A stretch of 64,000 nucleotides of DNA from Candidatus Kerfeldbacteria bacterium. Its GTDB lineage: Bacteria; Patescibacteriota; Patescibacteriia; SBBC01. Position 1 is the stretch's first letter, and the number at the start of each line of letters is the position of its first letter. The position numbers were made by a program, and so were the translations under genes. The notes beneath the pieces are model-generated. The model searched no databases. It was given only the letters and a program-made list of their open reading frames with translations, and was not told where the DNA came from. Below are positions 60,777-64,000 of the stretch, piece by piece. Location of the stretch: NCBI GenBank assembly GCA_043799405.1, contig JAZDNT010000003.1, forward strand, positions 335,461 to 399,460. Direction: 5' to 3'.

Positions 60777-61145
60777 ATGAAGACGCCGCATGACTTCAAA
60801 CGTGGTGTTTCGATTGGCACAGGTACCCTCTGCGTTTGTGTTATGGTCCTTACGTTCATGCCTGCCATCCCATCACTTTATAGAATCATCCTCGGAACCA
60901 TCGTTACTGCGATGCTTCCGGGATATCTCTGGACATTCGTCTTTTTCCGCGACAATTCCATATCTTCACTAGAGCGGTTCGCTATGGGCATTGCGCTCTC
61001 GATCGCCGTTACGGCGGTCACCGTGTACGCCTCGAACGTCTTCCTCCATATCCGCTTTACCAATCACACAATCCTTGGAGAGGTTTGTGTGATATCCTTA
61101 GTCGGGACCGGTATCGCACTTACGCGATTTAAAACAACAGGATAA
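60777..61145 (+). CDS. Small polytopic membrane protein (hypothetical)
   Basis: 122 aa with 4 TM helices. TATAAT box 11 nt upstream. Confidence 0.5.
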   Translation: MKTPHDFKRGVSIGTGTLCVCVMVLTFMPAIPSLYRIILGTIVTAMLPGYLWTFVFFRDNSISSLERFAMGIALSIAVTAVTVYASNVFLHIRFTNHTILGEVCVISLVGTGIALTRFKTTG

Positions 61146-61150
61146 CCCTT

Positions 61151-62188
61151 ATGGCGACAAAAGCGCTCATCACCGGCATCACAGGACAAGACGGCTCATA
61201 CCTGTCGGAGTTTTTGTTAGAAAAAAACTATGAAATTCACGGGATAGTCCGGCGCGCGAGCTCGTTCAACCGGGAACGCATCGAACACCTGCTCAATGAC
61301 CCGAGTAACCGTAACAAGCTCAAGCTGCACTATGGTGATCTCAGCGACAGCAGTTCCATCAACCAGATCATCAAGACGGTCAAGCCGGATGAGATCTATC
61401 ACCTCGGTGCGCAAAGTCACGTTCGTATCAGTTTCGATATTCCGGAATACACCGGCGATGTAACGGCGCTCGGGACGCTCCGCATTCTCGACGCCATTAA
61501 AGAGTCGGGGATCAACACGAAATTCTACCAGGCATCCTCAAGCGAAATGTTCGGTAAGGTTACAGAGATCCCACAGAAGGAATCAACGCCATTCCATCCA
61601 CGTAGCCCCTACGGCGTCGCGAAAGTCTACGCCTACTGGGCAACCGTCAACTATCGAGAAAGCTATAATCTCTTCGCATGCAACGGAATCCTCTTTAACC
61701 ATGAATCTCCGCGCAGAGGCGAGAATTTCGTCACACGAAAGATCACGATATCGCTTGCCCAGATCAAGGCGGGTAAAATGGAATCATTTTCGCTCGGTAA
61801 CCTCGATGCGAAGCGTGACTGGGGATTCGCCGGCGACTACATAAAGGCAATGTGGATGATGCTCCAGGCACCGAAGCCCGACGACTACGTCATCGCAACC
61901 GGAGAAACGCACACGGTTCGGGAATTCGTCGAACTCGCCGCGCAGCATCTCGGCATCGAGCTGACGTGGGAAGGTAAGGGACTCAAAGAACGTGGCATCG
62001 ACAAGAAAACTGGCAATACCATCGTCACCATCGATCCGCGATTCTTCCGTCCAGCCGAGGTCGATCTGCTCATCGGTGATGCAACGAAGGCGAAGGAACA
62101 ATTAGGGTGGAAACCCGAGGTGAGCTTCACTACGTTGGTTGAAATCATGATGAAAGCCGACCTTAAACGGTTCGGCACAACTCACTAG
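61151..62188 (+). CDS. gmd: GDP-mannose 4,6-dehydratase
   Basis: [62 protein letters not shown]. Confidence 0.93.
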   Translation: MATKALITGITGQDGSYLSEFLLEKNYEIHGIVRRASSFNRERIEHLLNDPSNRNKLKLHYGDLSDSSSINQIIKTVKPDEIYHLGAQSHVRISFDIPEYTGDVTALGTLRILDAIKESGINTKFYQASSSEMFGKVTEIPQKESTPFHPRSPYGVAKVYAYWATVNYRESYNLFACNGILFNHESPRRGENFVTRKITISLAQIKAGKMESFSLGNLDAKRDWGFAGDYIKAMWMMLQAPKPDDYVIATGETHTVREFVELAAQHLGIELTWEGKGLKERGIDKKTGNTIVTIDPRFFRPAEVDLLIGDATKAKEQLGWKPEVSFTTLVEIMMKADLKRFGTTH

Positions 62189-62192
62189 GGTC

Positions 62193-63098
62193 ATGCGCGC
62201 CCTTATCACTGGAATCAACGGATTCGTCGGCCACCACCTCGAAACCGAGTTACGCACCCGCGGTTGGGAAGTGTTCGGCATGTCCGTGGAGCCGCCGTTC
62301 AACGAGACGGTGCGAAAAGGCGACCTACTCGACGCGCCGTTTTTAACCTCGTTGGTCAATGATCTACATCCAAACGTCGTGTTCCATCTGGCGGGCATCT
62401 CGTCCGTCAAACGGAGCTGGGAGCAGCCCGAACTGACCATGCGCGTGAACCGCGACGGGACTGATTCGCTCTACCGAGCCCTCGTGTCACTGGCAACGCC
62501 TGTCACCATGATCCTCGTTAGCTCCGCCGAGGTGTACGGCGTCCCAAAGCGCGTACCGCTAACCGAACTTGATCCCCCAAATCCCACGAATCCCTACGCG
62601 AAATCAAAATTCGCCGCCGAGAAGGTGTCTCGCGTCTACCCATCGATCAAAACAGTCATCACGAGAAGTTTCCTCCACATCGGACCCGGACAAAGGCCAG
62701 GATTCATCGTACCTGACGTTGCACAGCAGATCGTCGCGATCGAGCGTGGCAACGCCAAAGAACTCCTCATCGGAAACACGCGAGCACAGCGCGACTTCAC
62801 GGATGTCCGCGACATCGTCAAGGCATACATCCTCCTCGCCGAACGGGGCACACCTGGACAGATCTACAACGTATGCTCGAACGTCGCATATCGAATCTCC
62901 GAGATAGTTGACATGCTCATATCAAAATCGATGGCGAAGGTTAGCGTACGCCAGGATCCCTCCCGCATGCGCCCCTCCGACATTCCCATACTCCAGGGCG
63001 ACAACATGAAGCTCCGAACCGCGACTGGATGGACGCCGCGCATCCCCCTTGGACAGACCATCAACGACGTGCTCGCCTACTATCGCTCGCTACCATGA
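62193..63098 (+). CDS. NAD-dependent epimerase/dehydratase, GDP-4-dehydro-6-deoxy-D-mannose reductase / GDP-fucose synthase-like
   Basis: ALITGINGFVGHHL Rossmann motif and YAKSKFAAE (YxxxK). Located directly after gmd. Confidence 0.65.
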   Translation: MRALITGINGFVGHHLETELRTRGWEVFGMSVEPPFNETVRKGDLLDAPFLTSLVNDLHPNVVFHLAGISSVKRSWEQPELTMRVNRDGTDSLYRALVSLATPVTMILVSSAEVYGVPKRVPLTELDPPNPTNPYAKSKFAAEKVSRVYPSIKTVITRSFLHIGPGQRPGFIVPDVAQQIVAIERGNAKELLIGNTRAQRDFTDVRDIVKAYILLAERGTPGQIYNVCSNVAYRISEIVDMLISKSMAKVSVRQDPSRMRPSDIPILQGDNMKLRTATGWTPRIPLGQTINDVLAYYRSLP

Positions 63099-64000
63099 AA
63101 CACTGTTTCATACTCGGCACCAGACCTGAGATCATCAAGCTCAGCCCGCTCATCCGCGTCGCCCAATCGCGCAAGCTTGATTATTGCATCATCCATACCA
63201 ACCAGCACTACACCGCGAGTATGGATGAGATCTTCTTCCGCGAGCTTAAGCTCCCGACGCCGCACTTCAACCTCCACATCGGTTCGGAATACCACAGTAC
63301 GCAGACCGGAAAGATGCTTATCTCACTCGACGAAACGTTTAGGAAATGCTGGCCTGACGTCGTCTACGTCGAAGGAGATACGAACACGGTCATGGCTGGA
63401 GCGCTCGCCGCGAGCAAGGAACAGAACGTTACGCTCGCGCACGTCGAAGCTGGTCTTAGAAGCTACGACCGCACCATGCCGGAGGAATTCAACCGGATCA
63501 TCGCCGACCATTTATCCGACCTTTTATTCGCACCGACAAAATTGCAAGCTCAAATTCTTACTACAGAGGGGATCGATCCAAAAAAAATATTCGTAACCGG
63601 CAACACGATCGTCGATGCCGTAACACAGCACCTCGAGATCGCCGAACAAATGGTAAACCCACTGGACAGATACGGGCTCAAGGCGAAATCCTACGCCGTA
63701 CTGACCATGCATCGCCCCGGGAACGTCGATGACCCTCGGATCCTTCTACGCCTCATCAATGCGATCAACACATTTGCCGAACGAATGCCGGTTCTTTTCC
63801 CTGTCCACCCACGGACCCGTGGCGCGCTCGATGCCCTTAAACCGACAATTCACCGTAACCTCCACCCCGTCGAACCTATCGGCTACCTCAAAATGCTCCG
63901 CCTCATGAAGCAGGCAAAGCTCATTGTCACCGATTCGGGAGGAATACAGGAAGAAGCGTGCGTACTCCGCGTCCCTTGTATCACCATCAGGGAAAACACC
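63095..64000 (+). CDS. wecB: UDP-N-acetylglucosamine 2-epimerase (non-hydrolysing), 3' end outside the window
   Basis: Hand-translated: MKHCFILGTRPEIIKLSPLI...GDTNTVMAGALAA...AHVEAGLRSYDRTMPEEFNR...TDSGGIQEEA. ATGA overlap with the preceding gene. Confidence 0.88.
   Translation, partial: MKHCFILGTRPEIIKLSPLIRVAQSRKLDYCIIHTNQHYTASMDEIFFRELKLPTPHFNLHIGSEYHSTQTGKMLISLDETFRKCWPDVVYVEGDTNTVMAGALAASKEQNVTLAHVEAGLRSYDRTMPEEFNRIIADHLSDLLFAPTKLQAQILTTEGIDPKKIFVTGNTIVDAVTQHLEIAEQMVNPLDRYGLKAKSYAVLTMHRPGNVDDPRILLRLINAINTFAERMPVLFPVHPRTRGALDALKPTIHRNLHPVEPIGYLKMLRLMKQAKLIVTDSGGIQEEACVLRVPCITIRENT

Noticed and set aside
1-64000. Search for CRISPR arrays, rRNA genes, reverse transcriptases (DGR, retron or group II) and intact IS elements
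   Set aside because: No regularly spaced direct repeats were found. The palindromic repeat families are dispersed singletons. No 16S/23S/5S signature strings, RT motifs (YxDD) or transposase with terminal inverted repeats were seen, apart from the solitary RayT-like gene.

Overview
The window reads as a chromosome segment from a small-genome, uncultivated bacterium, possibly Patescibacteria/CPR-like (inference from gene content only). The backbone has compact, mostly minus-strand housekeeping genes: uvrC, secG, tgt, tig, nusA, rnhB, hppA, gdhA, trxA, nfo, gmd and wecB. It also has six tRNAs, many short membrane or Cys-rich secreted proteins, and GT-C glycosyltransferases. At least eight visibly GC-richer patches interrupt this backbone. 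Observations in rough priority order. (1) An ORF-free, hairpin-dense block of about 1.46 kb (46011-47473, minus strand) has its own promoter and intrinsic terminator; it is a candidate very large structured ncRNA that I cannot assign to any known class. (2) A GC-rich operon of eight Shine-Dalgarno-led mini membrane or zinc-ribbon proteins (362-2536) is bracketed by two copies of a conserved 13-bp-stem hairpin module that carries promoter elements. (3) A foreign island of about 8 kb lies between tRNA-Leu and tRNA-Ala. It carries a truncated serine recombinase, a frameshifted M23/FG-GAP protein with a T9SS-type tail, an XRE-ImmA plus DUF4411 pair, and a stand-alone OLD-family nuclease. (4) Diverged 3'-half copies of tRNAs recur just downstream of three tRNA genes. 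(5) A GC palindromic repeat family occurs in intergenic regions and once in frame inside uvrC, and a RayT-type transposase lies in the same window. (6) Smaller items include an nfo 5' remnant with synonymous divergence, a riboflavin-kinase/M24 peptidase fusion, a promoter-proximal terminator in the nusA leader, and apparently leaderless TGnTAnnCT promoters. No rRNA, CRISPR array or intact mobile element was seen. Every call rests on reading the sequence and the supplied ORF translations; no database search was run, and assembly chimerism is a live alternative for the GC-rich patches.
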